Under the pieces are notes generated by a model. It did no database searches. It was given only the letters and a program-made list of their open reading frames with translations, and was not told the DNA's origin. Made by a program: the position numbers and the translations under genes. Of a stretch of DNA of 32,000 bases, positions 8,031 to 17,164 are shown one piece after another. Source of the stretch: Okeania sp. (GTDB lineage: Bacteria > Cyanobacteriota > Cyanobacteriia > Cyanobacteriales > Microcoleaceae); contig NZ_JAYKGW010000176.1 in the NCBI RefSeq assembly GCF_035285525.1, positions 21,702 through 53,701 on the forward strand, written 5' to 3'. Positions within the stretch are counted from its first letter, which is position 1. Every line of letters begins with the position of its first letter.

Positions 8031-10094
8031 ATGGGAAAAAATCTTATGTTGCGTTGGTTACTACCCAGTATACTCAGCGTTTTTGTCTTAGGAGTTCCTT
8101 CTGAAGCAACAACTCTAGAATCTTGGCGCTTTGAACAGGATCGGAACCAATTGTCCTTTACCACACAAGGTGGTGTTCAGCCAAAAGCCCAATTAGTTAA
8201 TAACCCAACTCGATTAATTATAGACTTGCCAGGAACAACTTTAGGTGGTGTCCAGACTTCCCAAGTTGTCGGTGGGGCAATTAAAGCAATTAGAGTAGGA
8301 CAATTTAATCCGGAAACAGCTCGAATAGTAGTAGAACTAAATAATGGTTATACTATTGACCCAAAAGAAGTAGAATTTCAGGGGATTTCTTCTAGCAGAT
8401 GGAATGTACAAATACCAACACCTAAACTAATTACTTCCACTACAAATATTGATATTGCACCTCAGTCTTCTCCCTCACCATCTCAAAATTCCCAACCTTT
8501 ACGTCGTCCACCATCTCAAAATTCCCAATCTTCAATTCTACTGCCTCCACGTTCACCCTCTCCTCCTCGCAGAATAGAAAGGTCAATCAATCAAAATAGA
8601 CCAAAACCTAATAATACTCTTTCCTCCAATTCAACTGCTACTAATGGGACATCTACTCTTGTACAAGATATCGAAGTAACAAAAGAGGGAATAGTTCTCA
8701 AAACAAGTGGTAAATTACCAGAAATTGAGCTGAAGCAGAGCAAAGACCGCAACTGGATGACCATTGATGTTCTTAATGCTACTTTAACTATCAAAAATTT
8801 CCAGCAAAATCAAAAGTTTGATGAGTTTGGATTAACAATTACTCGACTAACTCAACATTCAACTTCACCAGCAGTAGTTCGTTTAACAATAAAGTTCCCA
8901 GATAAAAAGACTAAATGGCAAGCTCGTGCTTATATGGGAGGAATAGCATTATGGCCTGAAGGAGAAGCACCACCGACAATTAATCAAGGTACTGGTTTTG
9001 CTCTAATTAACTCTCTGGAATTAAAAAATGGTAATGAATTAGTTATTACTGGAGATAAACCCCTAAATTATACCACTGGTTGGGATTCTGAAACAGATGC
9101 TTATGGAATTACTATATACAATGCTAAGGTAGATAGGCGATTTAGATTACCACCCCAAGAAGTTGGCAGTCCTTTAGTCTGGACAAAAATACGTCAGGAA
9201 GGTCCAGAAACAGTTTCAATTCTGGTTAAACCTGCTACTAACGTTAAAATTGCAGAAGTAACTCAGATTACTCCAGAAAAGTTATCTCTGGCAATGGGTT
9301 GGGGTAGTATCGGGAATGCACCTCCGGGTTGGAAGCCAAATCCTAGACCAGAATCTTCTAATACGAGACCTTCACCATTTCCCAGGAGAGAAAATTCACC
9401 GCCTCAAAATTCTCGTGGAAACACTACTACAACGAGAAGATGGCCTTTCCCTCCCCCTCGTCGCAATACTCAACAGCCTAATACTAATAATAGTAGTTCT
9501 AATTCTCGTTTTGCCTTGCCTAATCAACTACCTCGACGTAATGGACGATTATTGATAGTGATAGACCCCGGACATGGGGGACCGACTGATTTGGGTGGGG
9601 TTGGTTTTAATGGTATACGGGAAAAGGATATTGTGTTGCCTATTTCATTAGAGGTAGCTAAAATTCTGGAGCAGAATAATATACAGGTGCTTCTGACTCG
9701 GGAGACAGACCGGGATTTGGATTTGCCACCACGAGCAGAATTTGCTAATCGGGTAGGAGCAGATTTATTTGTGAGTATTCATGCTAATGCTATTAGTATG
9801 AGTCGTCCTGATGTAAATGGTTTAGAGACTTTTTATTATGAAAGTGGACTTGTTTTAGCACAGTATATTCAGAATAGTATGTTGCAAGCTTTTCCGACTA
9901 TGAATAATCGTGGTGTGAAGCAAGCCCGTTTTTATGTATTAAGAAAGACTGAGATGACTGCTGCTTTGGTAGAGGTCGGTTTTGTTACTGGTAATTATGA
10001 TTGGAGGATACTTGCAGATCCTGCTCAACGTAGTCGGATGGCGCAGGCGATCGCTCGTGGCATATTAGAATATGTTAAAGCTTATTCTCGATAA
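8031..10094 (+). CDS. amiC: N-acetylmuramoyl-L-alanine amidase, AmiC type (AMIN domains, Pro-rich linkers, Amidase_3 domain)
   Basis: The ORF is open from 7980. The ATG at 8031 gives a signal-peptide-like N-terminus (MGKNLMLRWLLPSILSVFVLGVPSEA). AMIN-like modules are present (..NPTRLIIDLPGT..IRVGQFNPETARIVVEL..). Two P/S/Q/N/R-rich linkers are present. The C-terminal amidase_3 domain reads LIVIDPGHGG...KDIVL...LLTRETD...DLFVSIHANA. Confidence 0.85.
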   Translation: MGKNLMLRWLLPSILSVFVLGVPSEATTLESWRFEQDRNQLSFTTQGGVQPKAQLVNNPTRLIIDLPGTTLGGVQTSQVVGGAIKAIRVGQFNPETARIVVELNNGYTIDPKEVEFQGISSSRWNVQIPTPKLITSTTNIDIAPQSSPSPSQNSQPLRRPPSQNSQSSILLPPRSPSPPRRIERSINQNRPKPNNTLSSNSTATNGTSTLVQDIEVTKEGIVLKTSGKLPEIELKQSKDRNWMTIDVLNATLTIKNFQQNQKFDEFGLTITRLTQHSTSPAVVRLTIKFPDKKTKWQARAYMGGIALWPEGEAPPTINQGTGFALINSLELKNGNELVITGDKPLNYTTGWDSETDAYGITIYNAKVDRRFRLPPQEVGSPLVWTKIRQEGPETVSILVKPATNVKIAEVTQITPEKLSLAMGWGSIGNAPPGWKPNPRPESSNTRPSPFPRRENSPPQNSRGNTTTTRRWPFPPPRRNTQQPNTNNSSSNSRFALPNQLPRRNGRLLIVIDPGHGGPTDLGGVGFNGIREKDIVLPISLEVAKILEQNNIQVLLTRETDRDLDLPPRAEFANRVGADLFVSIHANAISMSRPDVNGLETFYYESGLVLAQYIQNSMLQAFPTMNNRGVKQARFYVLRKTEMTAALVEVGFVTGNYDWRILADPAQRSRMAQAIARGILEYVKAYSR

Positions 10095-10098
10095 TTTA

Positions 10099-10125
10099 GG
10101 GAGTAGGGAGTAGGGAGTAGGGAGT
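10099..10125 (+). repeat. Tandem heptamer array (GGGAGTA), about 3.9 units, STRR type
   Basis: gggagtagggagtagggagtagggagt lies immediately after the amiC stop. Confidence 0.85.
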
Positions 10126-10146
10126 TCAGTAGTAGACTGACACACC

Positions 10147-10226
10147 TAGAATGGTGCATGAGGGTAGGGGCTGGTTTGAGCAGAAATTTTCATGGCGAAT
10201 CTAAGATTTAGATAAACCTGCCCCCG
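10147..10226 (+). mobile_element. Hairpin MITE-like element, family C (GGGGC.GGTTT ... AAACC.GCCCC arms)
   Basis: tagaatggtgcatgagggtaggggctggtttgag..attttcatg..tctaagatttagataaacctgccccc. Related copies occur at 20929-21422 (a cluster) and 31907-32000. Confidence 0.55.
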
Positions 10227-10372
10227 TTATATCAAATTCGCTGGTTTTGGAAAATAAGGTTCTACCATCAGAAAAGAGCTAAAACTCTTAGTTTGTAGAG
10301 GGTACGGTTCCCGAAAAATTGGAGACCAAACCCCTACGGTCTTAAATTCTACCGATACTACCAGATTTGATG

Positions 10373-11296
10373 TTACTCAGTCAAAGAACCTACTTTTTTC
10401 AAAGCTGCTCTGAGATTACCTTGGCATTCAGATAAGATATGATCTCCTTCTTCTTTTTCTAAGTTGCTCCAGTGCATAAAAAGTGCTAGTTTAACTGAAT
10501 CACCACTTTTATTTAATAATTCTCCTGCTTCATCCCGACTTAACTCTGTTAAATCCCCAATAATTCGTAAAGCTCTATCCCTTAACTTACTATTTTTTAC
10601 GGCTACGTCAATCATACGATTGCCATAGACTTTGCCTAACCTTACCATTACTCCGGTTGATAAGACATTCAATGCCATTTTGGTCACGGTTCCGGCCTTT
10701 AAACGGGTTGAACCTGCCAATAATTCTGGGCCAACCAATAACCGAATATCTACATCTACCTTGACTTCAAACTGTTCTACAGGGACACAAGTAATAAAAA
10801 TAGTTTTTGCTCCCCGTTGCTTTCCTGCATCCAAAGCACCATGAACATAAGGAGTTGTACCACCAGCAGTAATGCCAACTACCACATCTAGATTTGTGAT
10901 GTGACGGGAAGCGATCGCTTGACCACCATCTTCCCAACTATCCTCTAGATCTTCGGAACTGCGGACTAAAGCAGCAGCACCTCCTGCTATAATTCCTTGT
11001 ACTAATTCTGGAGGCGTACAAAATGTGGGTGGACATTCAGCCGCGTCCAATACTCCCAAACGACCACTTGTACCAGCTCCCACATAGAACAATCTACCAC
11101 CTTGGTTTAAAGCTTCGGCAATTATATCCACTGCTTGAGCTAATTGTAAACGGGATGAGGCGATCGCTTCTAAAGTCCGGTTATCTTCTTGATTAAACAA
11201 GTCTACTAATTCTAAAGAGGTTAATTGATCGAGATTATGGCTATTAGGATTAACCTGTTCAGTTAACAAATGACCTCTTTCTTGTAAATTTTTCAT
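10373..11296 (-). CDS. murQ: N-acetylmuramic acid 6-phosphate etherase
   Basis: A 307-aa ORF with a SIS domain and MurQ-type motifs (ERGHLLTEQVNPNS.NLDQL, FYVGAGTSGRLGVLDAAECPPTF). Confidence 0.88.
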   Translation of the reverse strand: MKNLQERGHLLTEQVNPNSHNLDQLTSLELVDLFNQEDNRTLEAIASSRLQLAQAVDIIAEALNQGGRLFYVGAGTSGRLGVLDAAECPPTFCTPPELVQGIIAGGAAALVRSSEDLEDSWEDGGQAIASRHITNLDVVVGITAGGTTPYVHGALDAGKQRGAKTIFITCVPVEQFEVKVDVDIRLLVGPELLAGSTRLKAGTVTKMALNVLSTGVMVRLGKVYGNRMIDVAVKNSKLRDRALRIIGDLTELSRDEAGELLNKSGDSVKLALFMHWSNLEKEEGDHILSECQGNLRAALKKVGSLTE

Positions 11297-11342
11297 AACT
11301 TTATCTTGACAAATTATGTAAATAATATGACGCTATGGGCTA

Positions 11343-11370
11343 GGGAACAGGGAACAGGGAACAGGGAACA
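11343..11370 (+). repeat. Tandem heptamer array (GGGAACA) x4, STRR type
   Basis: gggaacagggaacagggaacagggaaca. The same heptamer or its complement also occurs at 14451-14473, 15806-15838 and 22933-22947. Confidence 0.85.
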
Positions 11371-11631
11371 GTCAAAGAGTTTTTCGTATAGGGAAATGCT
11401 CCGGAAACAGGATTTATAAATGTCCGCGCCCTTTGGTTCAACTGCTATGTTACCTAAAAAGTAAAAAAAAGATATTATCTCTATGTAAAAGTAAAAAGCA
11501 TCCATAAAATAAATAAGCTTCAGTATTTTTAGCCTATAGCTTAGAGAGTTGGTTACTGTTTAGTTAAGGGACTGGAAAAATGTAGTTATCACCCAGAAAA
11601 CCCACTGATAACTGAGCGGATGCCTTTTGAG

Positions 11632-11994
11632 TTACAAAAGACCTTCCAATTGACGCTTAATTTTATCTAGCTCCGTTTCCTTATTTTCAGAAGCTTGGTC
11701 TGCATCTTCTTGCCAATCAGTTTCTTCTACATTATGCTCTGGAGGAATCTCCAACTTACCTGCTGGTACAACTTGCCAATCATAATCTACATTCCTACAA
11801 AATTCCATAACTTCTTCCTGGTCGATTTCTTCAACTGTGGGAGTAGGAAAATCTTGAGCTTCTAACAATACACCAAAGCGAGTCGCATCATCTTCTGATT
11901 GAAACATTAATACCTTATTGCGATCGCCGATTTGAATCGTATGTATTCCCTCATTTTCAGTTCTAGCATTAAACAGTAAAACAAATACTCGCAT
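11632..11994 (-). CDS. DUF3110-family protein, conserved in cyanobacteria
   Basis: MRVFVLLFNARTENEGIHTIQIGDRNKVLMFQSEDDATRFGVLLEAQDFP... matches my recollection of DUF3110. I chose the internal ATG at 11994. The 36-codon extension to 12102 runs into dispersed repeat D (12057-12160) and is Ile/Tyr-rich junk. Confidence 0.7.
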   Translation of the reverse strand: MRVFVLLFNARTENEGIHTIQIGDRNKVLMFQSEDDATRFGVLLEAQDFPTPTVEEIDQEEVMEFCRNVDYDWQVVPAGKLEIPPEHNVEETDWQEDADQASENKETELDKIKRQLEGLL

Positions 11995-12056
11995 AACTTT
12001 TCTCAACTTCAAATAGAAATAGACTATAATTTTGTGTCTATATACAGAATATTTAT

Positions 12057-12160
12057 GACTAATGATGTACAAGTTAAATAGTAAAATTATTGCAGTAATC
12101 ACAGGTATTTTACTTCTTAGCTATGTACTTCACGGGCAACAGAAATTGCTATATAATTTA
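12057..12160 (+). repeat. Dispersed repeat, family D, copy 2
   Basis: gactaatgatgtacaagttaaatagtaaaattattgcagta...agctatgtac..cacgggcaac is collinear with 7652-7755. Confidence 0.5.
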
Positions 12161-12291
12161 TAGACACAAAAAGAATAAATACACAATATACAAAAACCTG
12201 TTAAATGAGACAATTCCTGAAAACAAGCTTGTACATAGTATAGTATTAATGATACAATAATATGTAAAAATTAAGAAAGTTTTTTTTAGTT

Positions 12292-12828
12292 ATGAGTTTA
12301 TCTCAAGAAGTTCAAAACTCTATTTCTCAGCTTGATATTTCTTTGGAAAGAGATGTGTTTATGCGAACTTTAATTCGGGAACTATCCGGAACATTACAAG
12401 AAATTGTCGGATTAGAAGAAGCTTCAGGTTTTATTAGTGTTGTAGGTCAAGTTATGGGAGACCAAATCAACAACTCTTATAAGTCTGCACTACAAGTATC
12501 TAATCTATCTAGGGAACAAGTTGCTCAAGTATTAGTAGACCTGAAAAAAAGAATACAAGGTGATTTTTATATCATTGAAGAGGATGATGAAAAGATTGTT
12601 TTAGGGAATCGAGTTTGTCCCTTTGGTGAAAAAGTAATAGGTCGTCCTTCTATGTGTATGATGACTTCTAATGTATTTGGTTCTATTACAGCTAGTAATT
12701 TAGGATATTCTAAGGTTGAACTGCAAGAAACAATTGCCCAAGGTGCTTCGGGATGTCGGGTTGTGGTTTATTTGAAACTAACGGAAGATGCTGAAGAAGC
12801 AGATGGAAGAGAATACTTTAAGTCATAA
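12292..12828 (+). CDS. Stand-alone MOD1-like (methanogen output domain 1) protein with a Cys motif
   Basis: A 178-aa ORF containing ..[17 protein letters not shown]...[25 protein letters not shown]...GCRVVVYL. The family assignment is from memory. It lies 8 nt upstream of a histidine kinase gene. Confidence 0.55.
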   Translation: MSLSQEVQNSISQLDISLERDVFMRTLIRELSGTLQEIVGLEEASGFISVVGQVMGDQINNSYKSALQVSNLSREQVAQVLVDLKKRIQGDFYIIEEDDEKIVLGNRVCPFGEKVIGRPSMCMMTSNVFGSITASNLGYSKVELQETIAQGASGCRVVVYLKLTEDAEEADGREYFKS

Positions 12829-12836
12829 ATTACAAC

Positions 12837-14147
12837 ATGATTCCTGAACAATTTATTGAACTAGCTAGAGTTTTACCTGAACCATCTTTACTTCTTACGC
12901 AAGCAGGAGAAATTTTAGCTTTAAATAAGCCAGTTTCTTTGTTATTTGGCTGGAAAATTAGTGAACTTAAAGGAGAACTACTATGTAAGTTTGTAACTGA
13001 ATCTGAGGAAGCTTTGATGAAATATTTACAAGCTTGTTCAAAGAGTCGAAAAATGGTTTTTGGTTCTTTAACAATTTGTACATCTGATGGAGAGAGTATT
13101 ATTTGTCGTTCTCAAGGAGCAGTTATTCAACCAGCTTTGGGTGGATTACCTGCTCAAATTTTTTTACGTTTAGAAAAAAGGAATATAGCTAACCAAAATT
13201 TTTTGGGACTCAATGAAAAAATTGATGAGTTAAAGACAGAAGTTGAGCATCGTCGTCAAGCAGAAATTAAATTAAATCAACGCTTATCTGAACTAAAAAA
13301 AGCTCAAATGCAATTAATCCACCAAGAGAAACTTTCTAGTTTAGGGCAAATTGCAGCGGGAGTAGCTCACGAAATTAATAATCCAGTAACTTTTATTCAT
13401 GGGAATTTGATTCCAGCTCAAGAATATGCGAAAGATTTATTTAGATTAATTAAATTATATCAACAATATTATCCCAATCCAGTTCCAGAAATTCAAGCAG
13501 AAATTGAGGAGATTGATTTAGATTTTTTAATTCCAGATATGATTAAATTACTGCAATCAATGAGTGTCGGAACAACACGAATCCGTCAAATTGTGGAATC
13601 AATGCGCAGTTTTTCCCGTCTAGATGAGGCAAAAATTAAGAAAGTAGATATTCATCAAGGTTTAGATAGTACATTAATGATTCTTCAGCATCGTTTAAAA
13701 GCTACACCTAATTTTCCAGAGATAAAGGTTATTAAAAGTTACGGAAAATTGCCTCAAGTAGAATGTCATTCTGGGCAACTTAATCAAGTTTTTATGAACA
13801 TTCTTACCAATGCAATTGATGCTTTACATGAACGTTATGAAGTAGGAAATATTGTAGAACCTGAAGTTAATTTATCTGAGATTAAAGTTAAAACTGAAAT
13901 ATTAGATAGTGATTGGGTTGCTATTCAGATTTCCGATAATGGTTTGGGGATAAGTGAGCAAGTATTTACGAAAATATTTGACCCTTTTTTTACTACTAAA
14001 AAAACCGGAAAAGGAGCAGGATTAGGTTTATCAATTAGTCATAAAATTATTACAGAAATACATGGTGGAAAACTATTATGTGATTCAAAATTAGGAGAGG
14101 GAACAAGATTTTTAATTAAAATTCCAGTTAAACTAAAAATTTCTTAA
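12837..14147 (+). CDS. Soluble sensor histidine kinase (PAS-like N-terminus, coiled coil, HisKA, HATPase_c)
   Basis: H-box GVAHEINNP, N-box NILTNAIDA, G1 DNGLGI, G2 GKGAGLGLS. No TM segment is visible. Confidence 0.85.
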   Translation: MIPEQFIELARVLPEPSLLLTQAGEILALNKPVSLLFGWKISELKGELLCKFVTESEEALMKYLQACSKSRKMVFGSLTICTSDGESIICRSQGAVIQPALGGLPAQIFLRLEKRNIANQNFLGLNEKIDELKTEVEHRRQAEIKLNQRLSELKKAQMQLIHQEKLSSLGQIAAGVAHEINNPVTFIHGNLIPAQEYAKDLFRLIKLYQQYYPNPVPEIQAEIEEIDLDFLIPDMIKLLQSMSVGTTRIRQIVESMRSFSRLDEAKIKKVDIHQGLDSTLMILQHRLKATPNFPEIKVIKSYGKLPQVECHSGQLNQVFMNILTNAIDALHERYEVGNIVEPEVNLSEIKVKTEILDSDWVAIQISDNGLGISEQVFTKIFDPFFTTKKTGKGAGLGLSISHKIITEIHGGKLLCDSKLGEGTRFLIKIPVKLKIS

Positions 14148-14597
14148 GCATTTAGCAGTCAGCATTCAGCTATTAGCTTTTTGTGATTAACTTCTGTAGC
14201 ACAACCTTCCAGGTTGTTACAGCCTAGAAGGCTGTGTTACAGATATATGAATACTTTTATATTTAATCAGCAACCCCTAATTAGGGCTGGCGTATGGAAA
14301 CATGAAAGCATTATTGACAGACAAACTTTTTAGCAATTTTATGTCTGGAAAAAGTATCAGCTTTTAGGTCAAAGAGGTGAAAAAGTTAACAGAAAAAGTT
14401 TTGTTCTTGAGAAAAATGATGAATCAAAGACCACGGAAACACTTGAACAACTGTTCCCTGTTCCCTGTTCCCTAGAAAAATTAAGAGATAATTTTTCTAG
14501 CTAATTCCTTTATAACTGCTATTCTTCCTGGATTCTGGATTCTGGCTCCTCCCCGCTACTAAAAGACTTTTACGTTTCCCGATGAATCAGCAAACCC

Positions 14598-14639
14598 TAA
14601 TTATTAATTATTAATTATTAATTATTAATTATTAATTAA
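14598..14639 (+). repeat. Tandem heptamer array (TAATTAT) x6
   Basis: taattattaattattaattattaattattaattattaattat ends 1 nt from the znuB stop codon at 14641-14643. Confidence 0.85.
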
Positions 14640-14640
14640 T

Positions 14641-15489
14641 TTAATACCTTCCTTGACCAGAAAATACTACTATTAAAAACCCCAATAATTGCACCAAAAC
14701 AATACTAGGACCTGAAGGCAAATTAAAAGTTCCAGATAATATCATTCCTATCACTCCACTCATAGCACCAATAATTGCAGAAACTCCTAAAAATGACAAA
14801 AACTCATTACAAATTAACTTAGCTGTAGCTGCTGGAATTACTAAAAAAGCATTCACTAATAAAATACCAACTGCTCTAATAGTAAGAGCGATCGCTAATG
14901 ACAAAATAATCATAAATATATATTGATATCTCTGTACAGGAATCCCTTGAATTTGTGCTAATTCGGAATTAAAAGTTAACAATATTTGTTTTGGTAAAGT
15001 TAATCCTAACCAACTTAAAGAGACAACCAATAAAATTAGGATAAAAACTAAATCTAAATTACTAATTGCCAGAATATCACCAAACAATATAGACAATAAA
15101 TTACCACGATATCCAGGTACTAAATTAAATCCAATTGTTCCTAATGCAACTGAACCTGCAATTACAATACTTAAAATCGTATCTCCACCTAAATTAGTTT
15201 TTTCAATTAAATAATTTATCCCTAATCCAAATAATACCAAAAATCCAATTAAAGCTATCATTATAGGCAACTGCAATAAAGCACCTATAACTACAGCTAA
15301 AAAAGCAGTATGACCTAAAGCATTTCCAAACAAAGATAACTGGCGTAAAATTACAAATCCACCGAGAATACCTCCTAAAATTCCTAACAGGATACCGCCC
15401 ATAATTGCCCGTTGCATAAAAGGCAGACTAAATAAATCTATTAATTCTGAAAAATTCATGTTAATAAAAAGAAAGATTGTATATAGCAT
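14641..15489 (-). CDS. znuB: Metal (zinc-type) ABC transporter permease, ABC-3 family
   Basis: A 282-aa polytopic ORF with ABC-3 features (FMQRA..GG.L.G...G..G.F..LR...). It shares a strand with the ATPase and a His-rich SBP. The real start may be the internal ATG at 15459 (MNFSELIDLF). Confidence 0.8.
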   Translation of the reverse strand: MLYTIFLFINMNFSELIDLFSLPFMQRAIMGGILLGILGGILGGFVILRQLSLFGNALGHTAFLAVVIGALLQLPIMIALIGFLVLFGLGINYLIEKTNLGGDTILSIVIAGSVALGTIGFNLVPGYRGNLLSILFGDILAISNLDLVFILILLVVSLSWLGLTLPKQILLTFNSELAQIQGIPVQRYQYIFMIILSLAIALTIRAVGILLVNAFLVIPAATAKLICNEFLSFLGVSAIIGAMSGVIGMILSGTFNLPSGPSIVLVQLLGFLIVVFSGQGRY

Positions 15490-15519
15490 TTCCCATCTTT
15501 TGTGAGATACACTGCTGCA

Positions 15520-15729
15520 GATCCCCCCCTAACCCCCTTGATAAGGGGGGGACTTCCAGTTCCCCTTAAAAAGGCATTGCTCATTCTTTGTCGGAGCGAG
15601 AATATTTACAACCCTATATTTTTCGAGTCTTGTACTCCCCACCCTCCTCATCCTCCCCACCCTCCTTTTCTTTTTTCTCTCGTGACAATAAATTAGCCCT
15701 GCCTTAAAAAGGGGGATTTAGGGGGATCG
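15520..15729. mobile_element. MITE-like element, family H (termini GATCCCCCCCTAACCCCCTT.. / ..AAGGGGGATTTAGGGGGATC)
   Basis: About 210 bp with long imperfect terminal inverted repeats, each including ccccttaaaaagg. It occupies half of the znuB-znuC spacer. The 64-aa ORF at 15502-15696 lies inside it. Confidence 0.55.
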
Positions 15730-15743
15730 TTGATGTACCTCAA

Positions 15744-15854
15744 TAGACATCTCCAAAAATAAAAAACAGAATCAATTATTATCCATAAATCATCAATTAC
15801 TCCCCCCTATTCCCTGTTCCCTATTCCCTGTTCCCTCTTTTTCGGAGAGGTCTA
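15744..15854 (+). mobile_element. MITE-like element, family A, copy 3
   Basis: tagacatctccaaaaataaaaaacagaatcaattatt ... ctttttcggagaggtcta, with an internal TTCCCT(G/A) heptamer run. Confidence 0.6.
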
Positions 15855-15915
15855 ATAAAGCTTTTATCTCAGACTAAAATAAATAGCTCACCGCTCTTTG
15901 CTAACTCCTTAATGG

Positions 15916-16716
15916 TTACACATTCTTTTTGCAAGAATGAAAATATCTAGTAAAACCTTCTCCATAAATTTTAATCAAATTATTCTCATTCAAAGTAATA
16001 CTAGGTTGACCATGACATAATATACGACGATTAATGCAAATAACTTGGTCACAATAACGACTAACTATATCTAAATCATGGGAAACCTGAAGAATAGAAA
16101 AGCCATTTTCTGTCTGTAAATTTCCTAATAATTCGGCAAATTCTACTTCTCCAGTTGGGTCTACCCCAGCCAATACTTCATCTAATATTAATAACTGTCG
16201 AGGTTGCACTAAACAATATGCTAATAAAACCCGTTTTAACTCCCCTCCACTTAAACTTCCTATTCTTTGTTTTCGGTGATTTTGTAAGTTAACTTGTAGT
16301 AAAGCTTTTTCCACGGACATAAGTTTTTCTCGTGACTTCATCAAACCACTTTGAGGTAAACCCAAACTAACTAATTCAGCTACAGTTAATGGAAAACTGC
16401 GGTCAAAAAGTAACTTCTGGGGAATATAACCAACTTTATGCCAATACTTTCCTAAATATTTTATCTGTCTACCAAGAATTTCTATATAACCAGACTCATA
16501 AGGAATTAAACCTAATATTGCTTGAATTAAGGTACTTTTTCCGGCTCCATTAGGTCCGATTATTGCTGTGTTACTGCCAGGAAAAATTTTAAATGAGACA
16601 GATTCTACTGCTTGATATTTTCCTCTTACTATTGTCAAGTTTTCTACATTAACTACAGGGAATTTTTTTTTAATTTCTACTACTTTCACGGACAAACTTC
16701 CTCCATACTTTTTCAA
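15916..16716 (-). CDS. znuC: Metal (zinc-type) ABC transporter ATP-binding protein
   Basis: Walker A GPNGAGKST, signature LSGGELKR, Walker B LLILDE. 266 aa. Confidence 0.85.
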   Translation of the reverse strand: MKKYGGSLSVKVVEIKKKFPVVNVENLTIVRGKYQAVESVSFKIFPGSNTAIIGPNGAGKSTLIQAILGLIPYESGYIEILGRQIKYLGKYWHKVGYIPQKLLFDRSFPLTVAELVSLGLPQSGLMKSREKLMSVEKALLQVNLQNHRKQRIGSLSGGELKRVLLAYCLVQPRQLLILDEVLAGVDPTGEVEFAELLGNLQTENGFSILQVSHDLDIVSRYCDQVICINRRILCHGQPSITLNENNLIKIYGEGFTRYFHSCKKNV

Positions 16717-17002
16717 TTATTTCTCATTTTAATTAAATATTGTTTTGGGTCTAATAGCTCGGTGTTTCTCAAATTTAATCAGGACTTATATAGAACCCAT
16801 TTGAGAACTCTAAAATTAGGTGGGGAGATCGGAAGAGAGTGAATATGGGGCGATTTTTCTACTTTTTTCCTTATTCTCTTTCTCTGACTCCTGACTCCTG
16901 AGGACTGTTTGCGGAGCATGACAAACGGAACTCTTGTCTCCTTTATCAAAAATCCTCACTGCGTGCAAAGATACCAAATGACTTCTTGCCGATTGAAAAG
17001 TT

Positions 17003-17079
17003 GTCATTGCGACGATAGGAAGCAATCTCAGGAAAACCCCTAAGATTGATTCCTTCCACTCCGTTCCATTCGCAATGAC
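17003..17079. mobile_element. Small hairpin repeat (GTCATTGCGA ... TCGCAATGAC)
   Basis: 10-bp perfect terminal inverted repeats flank about 57 bp in the znuC-znuA spacer. It lies next to a (GACTCCT) heptamer doublet at 16884-16902. Confidence 0.45.
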
Positions 17080-17164
17080 TTGGGTATAGCAATTCCTCCA
17101 ATTTTATATTACCCAGGTGAACCCAGAAACCGGGTTTCCTTGCGTAAGTGTTGATAATATTACT

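Noticed and set aside
7961-8164. 67-aa - strand ORF, and the 17-codon N-terminal extension of amiC (7980-8030)
   Set aside because: The ORF is antisense to the amiC 5' end. For amiC, the ATG at 8031 gives a proper signal peptide, so the upstream extension is probably not translated. This is uncertain.
11314-11505. 63-aa - strand ORF between murQ and the DUF3110 gene
   Set aside because: It runs through the (GGGAACA)4 heptamer array and repeat sequence. It has no motifs.
15502-15696. 64-aa ORF between znuB and znuC (..PHPPHPPHPP..)
   Set aside because: It lies wholly within the family H MITE. Its sequence is repeat-derived low complexity.
16612-17025. ORFs at 16612-16842 (+) and 16816-17025 (-) in the znuC-znuA spacer
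   Set aside because: The first overlaps the znuC 5' end in antisense. The second runs through a heptamer array and hairpin repeat. Neither has a family resemblance or a convincing start context.
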